From: an uncultured virus (IMG/VR IMGVR_UViG_3300029305_011402)
Lineage: Duplodnaviria; Heunggongvirae; Uroviricota; Caudoviricetes
IMG/VR virus record: IMGVR_UViG_3300029305_011402
Direction: 5' to 3' (one strand)
Length of the DNA: 64,000 nucleotides
Shown here in pieces: positions 47,927 to 57,494 of the stretch (the stretch's first letter is position 1; the number at the start of each line of letters is the position of its first letter). The notes under the pieces are model-generated. The model saw nothing but the letters and a program-made list of their open reading frames with translations, was not told the DNA's origin and ran no database searches. The position numbers were made by a program, and so were the translations under genes.

Positions 47927-49782
47927 TATTCATCCCTCCAATCGTAATTGGTAATTAAAACTTCATCTCTACTATTTTTTGCACCTACATTGTCAATGTT
48001 GGTGATTAAGAAATTGTGTGTTTTAACCCATTCGGCAAGTAGGTAATTAGTATTATCATTATGATATATAACATTAGACAATACAAATTTAAACCCCTTT
48101 TCATGTAACATAGTTATATATTCTAAAAGTTTTGTTTCTTCATCTGCATTCCAACCTATAAAACCTCTTTTTCCATCGTTATAAGTAGCACTTGTTATAA
48201 AATAGGGTGGGTCAAAATAAAATACAGTATTTTTATCTAAATTTGATATATCAATATTTCTATATGAATCATTATATAATTCATAATTACTTGTTTTAGG
48301 AATAAAATTGATGATTCTATCAGTTAAAGTACTATTATAAGAACAATTACCGACAGGAGAATTAAATTCAAGTTTTGTATTAAATCTCATTTGGTTTTGA
48401 AAACAATACATATGTAATACAAAAAGTTGATAAATATCTTTTGTTTTATTATAACTATTTCTTAAATTTAAATAGGATTCTTTATTTCCTTTTTCAAGTT
48501 TAAATTCTTTAATAATACTTTCAACTTTTTTGATTATAATCTCACCATTTTCTTTAAGCAATGTACTAATAATATTAAATGTATGTGGTAAAAACTCATT
48601 ATATATCACTTTATCGGCAACAATATTTACACCAACATTAAAAGCACCACCCATTATATCAATAAATGCTGAGATGTGTTTTGGAAGAACTTTTGTAATT
48701 TCATTAAAAATAGAATATTTACTTCCCGTATAATTCAATGGCGACTTAATTATTTCCAAATCTTTTTTAAAGTATATTAAAACTTCTTTCAATTCATTGC
48801 CTTTTTGACTAGCCCTAATATTTTTATACTCTCTAAAAGGAAATCCATAAACTTTCACTTCTTTATTTACTGCAAACCTTTTTGCTAAGTTTGTTAATTC
48901 TTCTATCGACACTAAACCCTGACTGCTATAACTAACCAAAATATGATTAAAGTTTGCTTGTCTAAACAGATCTTCAAAGTTTAACAATGCTTGTTGTTTT
49001 CTTGTATATTTTGATTTTATAGTCGTTTCTTTTCTTCTTCCTGTGATACCACCAATAACTGGATAATCATATTTAGAAATGCTTTCCAATATGTGATAAG
49101 CGGAGTTATAGTCTGTCACTGTATAAGGCGGGTCAATATATAAAATATTACCGCTTATTTTTCTTAATAATTCGTTACTATCTTTATTGTAAATTGTGTT
49201 ACTATAAATTTTATTTGTTTTGTTGATACTAATAGGTTGAATCCTAAAATCTTTTAATGCTCTATTATCCCAATTTTTCAAATAAGCTTCATATGTTCCA
49301 GTAGTATTAGAAACACCCATAACACTCTCAATCAATGAAGCTATTAAAAAATTCCTTTCTTTTAAATCGATAATAAAGTCCTTATATAATTCTTCAATTT
49401 CGATACGCATACCATCTATTTTGATTGAATTTTGCTCTGTAAAAAATTTTCTATTGCCCTTTGGGGAATAATTGTTAGTTATAAAATACTGAGAATCTGG
49501 AACATAATTTTTACTATTTAAGTATGAAAAAGGATCAACTCCAAACTTTTTAGTAAAATCTTTAAATTGAGGGACATCATTATTTTCAAGCTTTGCTCTA
49601 TTAACAATACTTAAGGAATGTAAAAAATCATTAGCAATAATTTCAAATCTATCTTTAAAATAATCACCAACAGACCCAGACCCTGCAAATAAATCACAAA
49701 AAACACCTTCAGTAATATTGTTGTCTAACATTACTGAATTAATATTTTCTAACATTCTTGTTTTATTCCCTAAATATCGCAT
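47926..49782 (-). CDS. Fused two-domain N6-adenine DNA methyltransferase (FokI-like plus Dam-like)
   Basis: RYLGNK/DLFAGSG/YIDPPY followed by KSPLNYTGSK/DIMGG/YFDPPY. Confidence 0.92.
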   Translation of the reverse strand: MRYLGNKTRMLENINSVMLDNNITEGVFCDLFAGSGSVGDYFKDRFEIIANDFLHSLSIVNRAKLENNDVPQFKDFTKKFGVDPFSYLNSKNYVPDSQYFITNNYSPKGNRKFFTEQNSIKIDGMRIEIEELYKDFIIDLKERNFLIASLIESVMGVSNTTGTYEAYLKNWDNRALKDFRIQPISINKTNKIYSNTIYNKDSNELLRKISGNILYIDPPYTVTDYNSAYHILESISKYDYPVIGGITGRRKETTIKSKYTRKQQALLNFEDLFRQANFNHILVSYSSQGLVSIEELTNLAKRFAVNKEVKVYGFPFREYKNIRASQKGNELKEVLIYFKKDLEIIKSPLNYTGSKYSIFNEITKVLPKHISAFIDIMGGAFNVGVNIVADKVIYNEFLPHTFNIISTLLKENGEIIIKKVESIIKEFKLEKGNKESYLNLRNSYNKTKDIYQLFVLHMYCFQNQMRFNTKLEFNSPVGNCSYNSTLTDRIINFIPKTSNYELYNDSYRNIDISNLDKNTVFYFDPPYFITSATYNDGKRGFIGWNADEETKLLEYITMLHEKGFKFVLSNVIYHNDNTNYLLAEWVKTHNFLITNIDNVGAKNSRDEVLITNYDWRDE

Positions 49783-49869
49783 AAATTATCCTCTGTTAAA
49801 TATTCGAACTTATTATAACATACTTTTGATAAAAATGTGCTACTATATCTAAACTTTTTAAAAATTTTT

Positions 49870-49957
49870 ATAATTTGGCATTTAGGCGTGTGCTTGTTAT
49901 ATACAAGTGGTGTCGCTTCGCTCCACCAGACAAGCACACGTCTAAGTGCCAAATTAT
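49870..49957 (+). repeat. Long hairpin (REP-like) between divergent genes
   Basis: 28-bp arms ATAATTTGGCATTTAGGCGTGTGCTTGT and ACAAGCACACGTCTAAGTGCCAAATTAT, two mismatches (both G-U compatible on the + strand). Confidence 0.8.
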
Positions 49958-50033
49958 TTTTGTAATATACTATATTTTGCATCTAATTATTGTTTTTTTA
50001 TGTTATAATGTTATAGTAAATATGGAGAAAAGT

Positions 50034-50690
50034 ATGAAAATAGAAATTAAAACACATAGAAAAATTGATACTAATGAGCTTTTAGAGGATTTAAAAAATG
50101 TAGCAAATAAAATAGATAAACCCCCAACAATTGCTGAATATAATGAAAATGGGAAATTTGAGTCGACTGTATATATTAGAAGATTTGGAAGCTGGAACAA
50201 CTCTCTTTCAAAACTAGGAATGTCTTTAAATAATAAACAATGGTCAGAAAAAGAATTATTGACAAATATGGAAGATGTATGGAAATGTTTAGGTAAACAG
50301 CCATCTAGAAGAGATATGAACAACAAAAACATTTCAAAAATTTCTTCAGGAGCATATACTAGGTTTTATAAAAGTTGGACAGCGGCATTAAATCAATATG
50401 CTTTGTATTTAAATAATAAAGAAGAAGATCTTATATATAATTTTTCTAAATCAAAAAGTACAGTTAATGCTCATAAAACTTCAAGAGATATAAATCTTAG
50501 ATTACGATTTCAGGTTTTAAAAAGAGATAATTTTAAATGTTGTATGTGTGGGCGTTCTCCTGCTTCTACACCTGATTTAGAATTACATATTGACCACATA
50601 AAACCATATTCTAAAGGTGGAGAAACTGTAATTGAAAATTTACAGACACTTTGTAGTGATTGTAATTTAAGAAAAAGCAATTTAGAATAA
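50034..50690 (+). CDS. HNH endonuclease with N-terminal homing-endonuclease-associated repeats
   Basis: Two RFGSWN/RFYKSW repeats; LRFQVLKRDNFKC..CG...LHIDHI.P.SKGG....NLQTLC..CN..KS. Confidence 0.88.
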   Translation: MKIEIKTHRKIDTNELLEDLKNVANKIDKPPTIAEYNENGKFESTVYIRRFGSWNNSLSKLGMSLNNKQWSEKELLTNMEDVWKCLGKQPSRRDMNNKNISKISSGAYTRFYKSWTAALNQYALYLNNKEEDLIYNFSKSKSTVNAHKTSRDINLRLRFQVLKRDNFKCCMCGRSPASTPDLELHIDHIKPYSKGGETVIENLQTLCSDCNLRKSNLE

Positions 50691-50697
50691 AACATGT

Positions 50698-50730
50698 AAA
50701 AAACGAACCATTGTTTTGGTTCGTTTTTTA
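50698..50730 (+). terminator. Bidirectional intrinsic terminator
   Basis: AAAAAACGAACCA-ttgttt-TGGTTCGTTTTTT between convergent genes. Confidence 0.8.
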
Positions 50731-50733
50731 TTT

Positions 50734-50775
50734 CACTAGTTTCAAATTTATTAGGTCTTAACCTAGAATTTTTTT
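50734..50775 (-). repeat. Right 42-bp inverted repeat of the RM cassette
   Basis: Reverse complement AAAAAAATTCTAGGttaagACCTAAtaaATTTGAAACTAGTG. Confidence 0.85.
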
Positions 50776-50810
50776 TGTTTATTAATGCTTAGTTATACTT
50801 AATTTTGTTT

Positions 50811-51680
50811 TTAATATTTATACATTGCAACCAAGGCAATTGAGCCATCACCGATATGGCTGGAAACTGACAAAGAAAGTTCGTCCATCATTTCAACCTT
50901 TAGACCCATTGGAGCAAAAGCTTCTTCTACTTCTTTTTTGAATTCTTCACACTTGTCTTTTGCATTGGTGTGAGCCATTGCCAAAACAATTTTGCCGCTT
51001 TCATATTCTTCTTTAAACCTTGTAAAAATGTCCTCTTTAACTTGCTCTATCATTTTTTTCTTGCCAACACTTGTTGCCATAACCATTGCATATTTATCAA
51101 GTTTTGCTCCTTGAATTTGAAGCACTGGTTTGATTCTTAGAAGTGTACCAATTGCGGCTACGGCTGGAGTAAGACGACCACCCTTTTTTAAATACTTTAA
51201 AGTTGAAACCAAAATGTAAATTGTTGCTTTTAGTTTTGTTGCCTCTAAAAATTCTTTAATTTCTTGAGCAGTTTTGCCCTCTTTGGCTAGTTTTAATGCA
51301 TCAAAAACAGATTGCTTTTGAGTAACTGAAATTCTTACATTGTCAACAACTTGAACTTTGCCGTCAAATTCTTTTGCAAAGTTTGTTGCTGTTTCACAGC
51401 TTCCAGAAAGCCCACTGCTCATTGGAATATACACAACTTGGTCATGCGTTTTTAAAAGTTCTGTCCATAAATCCATAACGCTATATATGTTTGGTTGGCT
51501 GGTAGAAACATCTGAGCCTGATAAAAGTTTTTTATAATATTCTTCTCTTGACAAAGTTACTTCTTCAAAATACTCCTCGCCGTCAATTAAAAATGGCATT
51601 GGGATGACTGTTACGCCCAATTCTTTACCTTCAGCTATTGAAATTCCACTATTACTATCAGTAACAATTGCAACTTTCAT
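50811..51680 (-). CDS. DegV family fatty-acid-binding protein
   Basis: IVTDS, STSQP, SSGLSGS, LKKGGR, L.IKP.L, H.G.G motifs. Confidence 0.93.
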   Translation of the reverse strand: MKVAIVTDSNSGISIAEGKELGVTVIPMPFLIDGEEYFEEVTLSREEYYKKLLSGSDVSTSQPNIYSVMDLWTELLKTHDQVVYIPMSSGLSGSCETATNFAKEFDGKVQVVDNVRISVTQKQSVFDALKLAKEGKTAQEIKEFLEATKLKATIYILVSTLKYLKKGGRLTPAVAAIGTLLRIKPVLQIQGAKLDKYAMVMATSVGKKKMIEQVKEDIFTRFKEEYESGKIVLAMAHTNAKDKCEEFKKEVEEAFAPMGLKVEMMDELSLSVSSHIGDGSIALVAMYKY

Positions 51681-51866
51681 AAAATCCTCCATAAATTCCT
51701 TACAAGGTTACCAAAAAAACAAAACTTAGTCAAATATTTTGTCGAATTATGTAAATATGCTTAATATATTATACAAAATTTCAAAAAACAATAGAACAAA
51801 AAATAGGCAAAGCCATAAATTTGGCTCTGCCCTTTTTATATTGTTTATTCTGTTTCAATTTTGGAT

Positions 51867-52217
51867 TCACTCTTGTTTGGCATTGCTGTGTTTTTTTTGC
51901 TCTTTGGCTGAATTGGTGTCATCTGGTTTGATTGTTTCTTGCTGTTTGGCTGTTGTGTTATCGTCTCTTTGATTTGTTGGTATTTCTTTCAAAGTATCTT
52001 CTGTTGTTTGGTTGCTATTTTCCTGCCCAGTTTCTTTTGCTTTTGGCTTTTTGACAATGCCAAAAACAACCAAAACGCCACAAATTGACATTATGACTTC
52101 TTCTGCACCTTTTGCAGAAATCGAAACGCCACATGCTTTGCCAATGGCGACGACCAAAAGTCCAACTGCACCTGCAAGTGCTGTCCAAAATTTATACGAT
52201 TTGATTAGTTTTTTCAT
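51867..52217 (-). CDS. Holin-like membrane protein
   Basis: KS.KFW.AL...L...GIV..P two-TM pattern. Confidence 0.6.
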   Translation of the reverse strand: MKKLIKSYKFWTALAGAVGLLVVAIGKACGVSISAKGAEEVIMSICGVLVVFGIVKKPKAKETGQENSNQTTEDTLKEIPTNQRDDNTTAKQQETIKPDDTNSAKEQKKHSNAKQE

Positions 52218-52443
52218 TTTTGCTCCTTTTGACAGAAGGAATTTTTGTTAAACATTGTTTAATTTCCGAAACATCCTGTTTGATCTCGTCAACTGTGTTT
52301 AATTTTGTAGCCAATTTGTTAATAATATCTTGATATTTTATTTCTCGTTTGTGTGAGTCTTTTAATGTAAACGCAAGTAGCGCCACAAAAAGACAGGCAA
52401 AAATTCCATTAGATATCGCAATATTAAACACATCACTCCACAT
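52192..52443 (-). CDS. BhlA/UviB-like holin
   Basis: SNGIFACLFV.LL...LKDS.KRE.KYQ.II..L. Confidence 0.85.
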   Translation of the reverse strand: MWSDVFNIAISNGIFACLFVALLAFTLKDSHKREIKYQDIINKLATKLNTVDEIKQDVSEIKQCLTKIPSVKRSKNEKTNQIV

Positions 52444-52447
52444 AAAT

Positions 52448-53347
52448 TTAACCTTGCAATTGTTTTAAAAGTTTGTTGTAATAACTATTTCCCAAGTTCT
52501 CTTTGTAAATTGGATTGCTTGCAAGTTCTGCTAGAGCCTGGGCTTTATCCATTGCAGAAAAATGTTCTTTGGCAATTTCATATTTTTCTTCTTGTTTCAT
52601 CATATTTATGCCAATAAGACCTCTTTCGTACCTTTCGGCAAAATCCATTATTTGTTTATAATGTTTTTCGTCTTGCTCTGCATCAAATTCGGCTTGCTTT
52701 TCTGCAATTTGATTGTTGTATTTAATTACCTCTTGTTCTTCTTTTAAAATTGTTTCGTTTAGCGAATTAATTTTGTCTTGAAGTTTTACTGCATACTCTA
52801 TATTAAACGAATTTAAAGCATTAAGTTTTTCTTGCTCTAGTGAAGCCTTTTCGTCAGTTAAAGTCTTAATTTGTGCATCAGTTTTATTTGACAATTCTTT
52901 TAAATCGTCCAGCATACTATTGTCATACTCGCTTAACTTGTTGACAATAATTGACGAGCGTGCAAGCCCGCGTTTGATGGCATCATTTGACGCATCTTCC
53001 TTAACCTTTTCGTATGTATTTTGAATGGTTGCTTGCTTTTGCTGTTTTTCTTGGTTTGCTTGTTTTACGCTTTGGTCAATTTGCTCAGATTTGGTTTTAA
53101 AAGAATCTTCTATGCCCTGAAGCGAGTTGTTTTTATAACTTTCCAAACTGCTTTTTGCACTGCTTTCAACCTGCTCTATGCTTGGTTTTTCATACTCCAA
53201 TTCTTTAAGGTTTAACTCTTGCTTGTCACTTCTTATTTTATAGTTATCATCAACTTCTTGAAATTTTTCTAAAATTGACTTGGATTGTTCGGCTTGTTGT
53301 TTAACTTTTTTTGTTGTTTGTTCATCAACGTTAAATTGATACATCAT
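52448..53347 (-). CDS. Coiled-coil putative ejection/internal virion protein
   Basis: AIKRGLARSSI motif resembling LAEMGLSNSGY of 23861..26038; follows tail tubular B. Confidence 0.5.
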   Translation of the reverse strand: MMYQFNVDEQTTKKVKQQAEQSKSILEKFQEVDDNYKIRSDKQELNLKELEYEKPSIEQVESSAKSSLESYKNNSLQGIEDSFKTKSEQIDQSVKQANQEKQQKQATIQNTYEKVKEDASNDAIKRGLARSSIIVNKLSEYDNSMLDDLKELSNKTDAQIKTLTDEKASLEQEKLNALNSFNIEYAVKLQDKINSLNETILKEEQEVIKYNNQIAEKQAEFDAEQDEKHYKQIMDFAERYERGLIGINMMKQEEKYEIAKEHFSAMDKAQALAELASNPIYKENLGNSYYNKLLKQLQG

Positions 53348-53438
53348 TTTCTCCTTTTTTTAGGATTCTTTTTTTAATTCTATTTGTTAGCATTTTTAAC
53401 AAATCTTTGTTTATAATCATCACCATTTTAAAAGTCCT

Positions 53439-54941
53439 TTAGCTGTTTATTTCTACAATTATTTGTGGGCAAGAAATATGTATTTGTTCGGCAGAAGAAG
53501 TTTCAAAGCCCACTTCAATCTGCTCGCCCGACATATTAAGCAAAATTCTTTGCGAAGTATCTTTGCCCAAAACATTAAACTCTTTGGTTTGTTTTTCGGT
53601 TGCGATTTTTACTTTGCAATCGCTCTTGGTTTTTATTAAGCACTCTTTAATATGTTTAATTTTTGTTGGATAACCCATATTGCTTTTTGGACTAACCCAC
53701 TTTTTTGCAAGTGGCGTGCCAAAAACAATGCCAGTTTCATTTAACTCACCAAGTTTGCCAGCATGCTCACCATTAAAGCAAGCAACCACTTTGGTAAACT
53801 TTTCGTCATCCAAAACCAGCATACTCGCAATGTCAACACCACGAGTTATGCTTAAATCACCATTTGACAAATCAAGTTCAATAAGAGCATTGTTAACATA
53901 GCCCGCCTCATAATTTTCACAACCAACTTTTTCGCCGTCTGCAAAATTCAATCTGCAAGCAAGCAAAAATTTGTTGTTGTAATAAACTCCGCAAGCATTG
54001 TCATTTTCTACACCCTTAAACAAACTATCAATGCCAAGGTTTAGTTTTTGAGTAGAATAGCCGTCAAACGAATGTAAGCCATCACGAGCAAGTAGCAAAA
54101 TTTTGTTTCCGCAAACTGTTACCGTGTTACCGTAAAGTTTTACGCTTGAAACAAAAAGGTGCGAAACGCTAAAATCGGTTTGGTCGCCATAGGCCGAAAC
54201 CTTGCTCACACCATAATCTCTAAACACATAAACATAGTCGTTAAAAGAAACAACTTGAGCAAGCGCTCCGCGTTCGTCTTGCATTTCTATAAAGCCCCCA
54301 CTAGACAAATCTTGACTCCAATCGGTTGGGTCAAGGTTGGCGCTAAAAGCCAAACGATTACGCTCGCCACCAACAACTGCAAAAAGTCGTTCGTAGTGCA
54401 AACACATAGACTTAATATGTGGTGCATCTTCCACTTTTTCGCAAACATGATTTCTTGCATATTTCCAAACGCCATCACTCTCAGATGAAAAAATCATTGA
54501 GTCTACTGAATTTAGTTTGTAGTTTATTGCATTTGGAATGCTAGAAGATAGCACACTTTGTAAAATGGTTCTACAAAACGGAGAATCGTCATAAAACAAA
54601 CAAGTTTGAATATCGCCGTTTTCGCAATACATAACAAGTGCATGCGACGGCTTGTTTAAAGTGGTATCAAAATATTTATAGTGCCAAAGTTTTTTAACTG
54701 GCGAAGCTGGGGGAATTATTGTCCTGAAATTTTCATCATAAAAGTTTGGAAGTTGAAGTTCGCTAAAACCATAACCGTTGGTTAGCGCGCCCTTTTTAAC
54801 ATTAAAGTTGTATGACATTTTTGCCTGTTTATACGGAAGTAGCGACTCGTCAGTTTCGGTGTTCATACTTTTTTCAAAGTTGGTAAAATTGATTTTTGCA
54901 TTGGTGCTAGATTTTTTTAATTTTAAGTTTGGGTAAAACAT
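53439..54941 (-). CDS. Tail tubular protein B / stabilisation-like protein
   Basis: Beta-propeller-like, ~500 aa, after the adaptor gene. Confidence 0.65.
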   Translation of the reverse strand: MFYPNLKLKKSSTNAKINFTNFEKSMNTETDESLLPYKQAKMSYNFNVKKGALTNGYGFSELQLPNFYDENFRTIIPPASPVKKLWHYKYFDTTLNKPSHALVMYCENGDIQTCLFYDDSPFCRTILQSVLSSSIPNAINYKLNSVDSMIFSSESDGVWKYARNHVCEKVEDAPHIKSMCLHYERLFAVVGGERNRLAFSANLDPTDWSQDLSSGGFIEMQDERGALAQVVSFNDYVYVFRDYGVSKVSAYGDQTDFSVSHLFVSSVKLYGNTVTVCGNKILLLARDGLHSFDGYSTQKLNLGIDSLFKGVENDNACGVYYNNKFLLACRLNFADGEKVGCENYEAGYVNNALIELDLSNGDLSITRGVDIASMLVLDDEKFTKVVACFNGEHAGKLGELNETGIVFGTPLAKKWVSPKSNMGYPTKIKHIKECLIKTKSDCKVKIATEKQTKEFNVLGKDTSQRILLNMSGEQIEVGFETSSAEQIHISCPQIIVEINS

Positions 54942-55510
54942 TAAAACCACCCTCTTTTCTTTAACTTTATTTCACCCTTTTTTCTTTGTGCTTCTAGTAG
55001 TGCATTTTTATAGCGATGTTCCCACAAGGTTGCATCATCATAAAGCATTTCTAAAAAGCAATATTCACTAGCAACACCATAAGCAATAACCCTTGCCGAA
55101 AGTTTACTCGAAAAGTTTTCCGCATCACCTTCTAACGTTTGTTCATTTGGATATACCTTGTAAATAATCTCCACGCATTTTGCAAGGCATATCATTTTTT
55201 CGCCCAAAAGTTTATAGCGTACATTTTTACCACTTTTTGTTTTAACCGAAACAATTTCTTGAATTTTGTTGTCAATTTCATACAAGTTTACACTTCCGTC
55301 AGTTATTTCAACCGTTGCCGTTTTAAAAATTGGCAAATAATTGCTGGCAATTTCTTCTGTAACCATATTTACGCACATTAAAATTTTTCTTAAATCTTTT
55401 TGTAAATTTTCGGTCAATTCCTCTCCGTTTTCTTCAAAAAAAGAAGAATTTAATAGTTCTTCTTTTCCCAAATACACACAAACATTTTTAATTATTTCCT
55501 TTGTTTTCAC
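54941..55510 (-). CDS. Head-tail adaptor-like protein
   Basis: C-terminal IAYGVASEYC...W...Y helices; position. Confidence 0.6.
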   Translation of the reverse strand: MKTKEIIKNVCVYLGKEELLNSSFFEENGEELTENLQKDLRKILMCVNMVTEEIASNYLPIFKTATVEITDGSVNLYEIDNKIQEIVSVKTKSGKNVRYKLLGEKMICLAKCVEIIYKVYPNEQTLEGDAENFSSKLSARVIAYGVASEYCFLEMLYDDATLWEHRYKNALLEAQRKKGEIKLKKRGWF

Positions 55511-55820
55511 TTATTTTCTCCATTTGTTTTTGTATATTTTTTTGCTCATTTTTTAAAAGACGGGCATTGGACTCTTCTATTTCTCTTAAAAGCTCCTTGC
55601 GATTTTGAATTTCACTTTTTAAGGTGTATTCAATCATTCGCTCGTCAATTTGGTCAAAAGGAAAAGTCAAACAATAAACACTTGGTTTAAAGTTGTTTTC
55701 AAAAAGGTATAACATATATTTTTTAGATTTTAAGTTATAGTAAACCTCATATTTATTGTTCCACGCCTTTAGCCTTTGAATTATTCCCAGAGCATCACTA
55801 TTTACAATTATTTTTTCCAT
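55488..55820 (-). CDS. Phage-like hypothetical protein
   Basis: I..RLK...LD.R-type small protein downstream of the capsid gene. Confidence 0.55.
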   Translation of the reverse strand: MEKIIVNSDALGIIQRLKAWNNKYEVYYNLKSKKYMLYLFENNFKPSVYCLTFPFDQIDERMIEYTLKSEIQNRKELLREIEESNARLLKNEQKNIQKQMEKISENKGNN

Positions 55821-55961
55821 TTCCCGTCCTTTTAAAGTTGAGCTTTTGTACTTAAAGCAAATTTTAAGTTTTTTTAATGAATAACACTAAAATTACAAGT
55901 TTTTTAACAAAAACAATTTTGCAAGCAAAATTCAACCTACGGTTGTTTTGTAATTTTGTGT

Positions 55962-56183
55962 TTTTAGGCTTCGTCGCATTTAACCAAATGCCAATGCCTT
56001 GCATTGTCGCTTGGTTCTCATTTGACGTAATATCGCTTCGCGATTTTAGGCTTCGTCGCATTTAACCAAATGCCAATGCCCTGCATTGTCGCTTGGTTCT
56101 CATTTGACGTAATATCGCTTCGCGATTTTAGGCTTCGTCGCATTTAACCAAATGCCAATGCCCTGCATTGTCGCTTGGTTCTC
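55962..56183. repeat. 82-bp tandem repeat, ~2.7 copies, palindromic (REP-like) units
   Basis: AGGCTTCGTCGC recurs at 55966, 56048 and 56130; each unit has AACCAA..CAATGC/GCATTG..TTGGTT and ATCGC-ttc-GCGAT stems. Confidence 0.9.
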
Positions 56184-56228
56184 TGCTCCTTGTAATAATG
56201 AATAATGGCGGATAATTTTAAAATTATC

Positions 56229-56264
<36 letters not shown>

Positions 56265-56296
56265 AAACGCACTCGGCTTGCTTTATCGCTATGATT

Positions 56297-57490
56297 TTAT
56301 TCAGTTACTACCGTTGCAAATGGGTTTGTAACTGTGCTAGAAATTCCGCTTATTTTTGCTTGACCATTTGGTTTATCGCAAATTAAATCTGCATATTTAA
56401 CAAGCGTTGCGCTATAAGTTGGGAATCCCATATTTTGACGAATAACTCTACCGTCTTCGCCTTCTAACCATTTCCAGTCGCAAAGTTGATGAAGTGTAAA
56501 GTCGTCAGTGTTTAATAAATACATTGTGTCGTCCGCAACAAATCTGTCAGCAACAAGAGGAATACCGTTGTATGATATTGCCTTGTAACCGCCATCTAAA
56601 ATTGCAACGTCAATGTTTCTTCTGTATGCGCCCAAATATTCTTGGTATGCACGTCTTACTGCACTTGAGCAAGCAATATAGTTGATGTTTGAGCCAGAAA
56701 CTTCTTCTAAGAAGTCAACTGCACTTTGAATTAAGCCGTCACTAATTTCGCCAGCACTTGTTTTGATATATGGAGCAAGCCATGGGAAGTCTGCTCTTGT
56801 TAAACCATAAAGTTTGGCAGAATCTGAGAAGATTTTTCCAAGACCTATAATTTCGTGGTCTTTTGAATTTTGAACATAAATTTTATCGCCAACTGCAAAA
56901 GTTACTGCTGTTTCTGTGTAGATTTTTTTGTTTACTCTATCTACATATTTAATTCTTACACCGCTTTTTGCTTCTACTTTTGTGCCGCTTGCGTAAACGT
57001 CAATAACCATACCTTCTATAAGGTTTTTAACAGTGTCGCAAACTGTTGCACCGTCTGCGGTTGCAGTTGTAACGGTTGCAAGTAAACCAGAGCCATCACC
57101 AAAAAGCATACGTCCAAAGTTGAAAGAAGATGCTTTGATTAAGCCTTCCATTTCGTCATTTAACAAGTTTACAAATGCACCTGCGTTGTTTTCTGATGCT
57201 CTTATTGCTTTGTCAGAAAGTTCAATTTTGCCATAAAGGTTTTTAAGTTCTGAAACAAATTGAACATAGTTGTTGCCTGCGGCTTTTGGAAGAGCATCCG
57301 TTTCAGCCCCAGCCCCAATACCACCATTAATTCCGTAAGGAGCTAGCTTTCTAACTTCTTTGCCCCAAACGTCTTTTGTTGATTGTTTAATTTTTCCTAG
57401 TAATGGATTTGCATTGATATTTAATTGGTTTGCAACAACACCCAAATACACGGTTTTTAATGCGCTTTCTGCGCTTGATAGTGTTACCAT
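56297..57490 (-). CDS. Major capsid protein of cluster 2
   Basis: 397 aa after the scaffold; LFGDGSG, YNGIPLVADRF motifs; P22-coat/HK97-like. Confidence 0.85.
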   Translation of the reverse strand: MVTLSSAESALKTVYLGVVANQLNINANPLLGKIKQSTKDVWGKEVRKLAPYGINGGIGAGAETDALPKAAGNNYVQFVSELKNLYGKIELSDKAIRASENNAGAFVNLLNDEMEGLIKASSFNFGRMLFGDGSGLLATVTTATADGATVCDTVKNLIEGMVIDVYASGTKVEAKSGVRIKYVDRVNKKIYTETAVTFAVGDKIYVQNSKDHEIIGLGKIFSDSAKLYGLTRADFPWLAPYIKTSAGEISDGLIQSAVDFLEEVSGSNINYIACSSAVRRAYQEYLGAYRRNIDVAILDGGYKAISYNGIPLVADRFVADDTMYLLNTDDFTLHQLCDWKWLEGEDGRVIRQNMGFPTYSATLVKYADLICDKPNGQAKISGISSTVTNPFATVVTE

Positions 57491-57494
57491 ATTT

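Larger units (their letters stand above)
46412..50775. mobile_element. Inverted-repeat-bounded defence cassette (restriction-modification plus HNH) with no recombinase
   Basis: Flanking 42-bp inverted repeats; visibly more AT-rich genes inserted between ileS and degV. Confidence 0.65.

Noticed and set aside
55962..56183. Possible CRISPR array
   Set aside because: Units repeat in full with no unique spacers, and no cas genes are present
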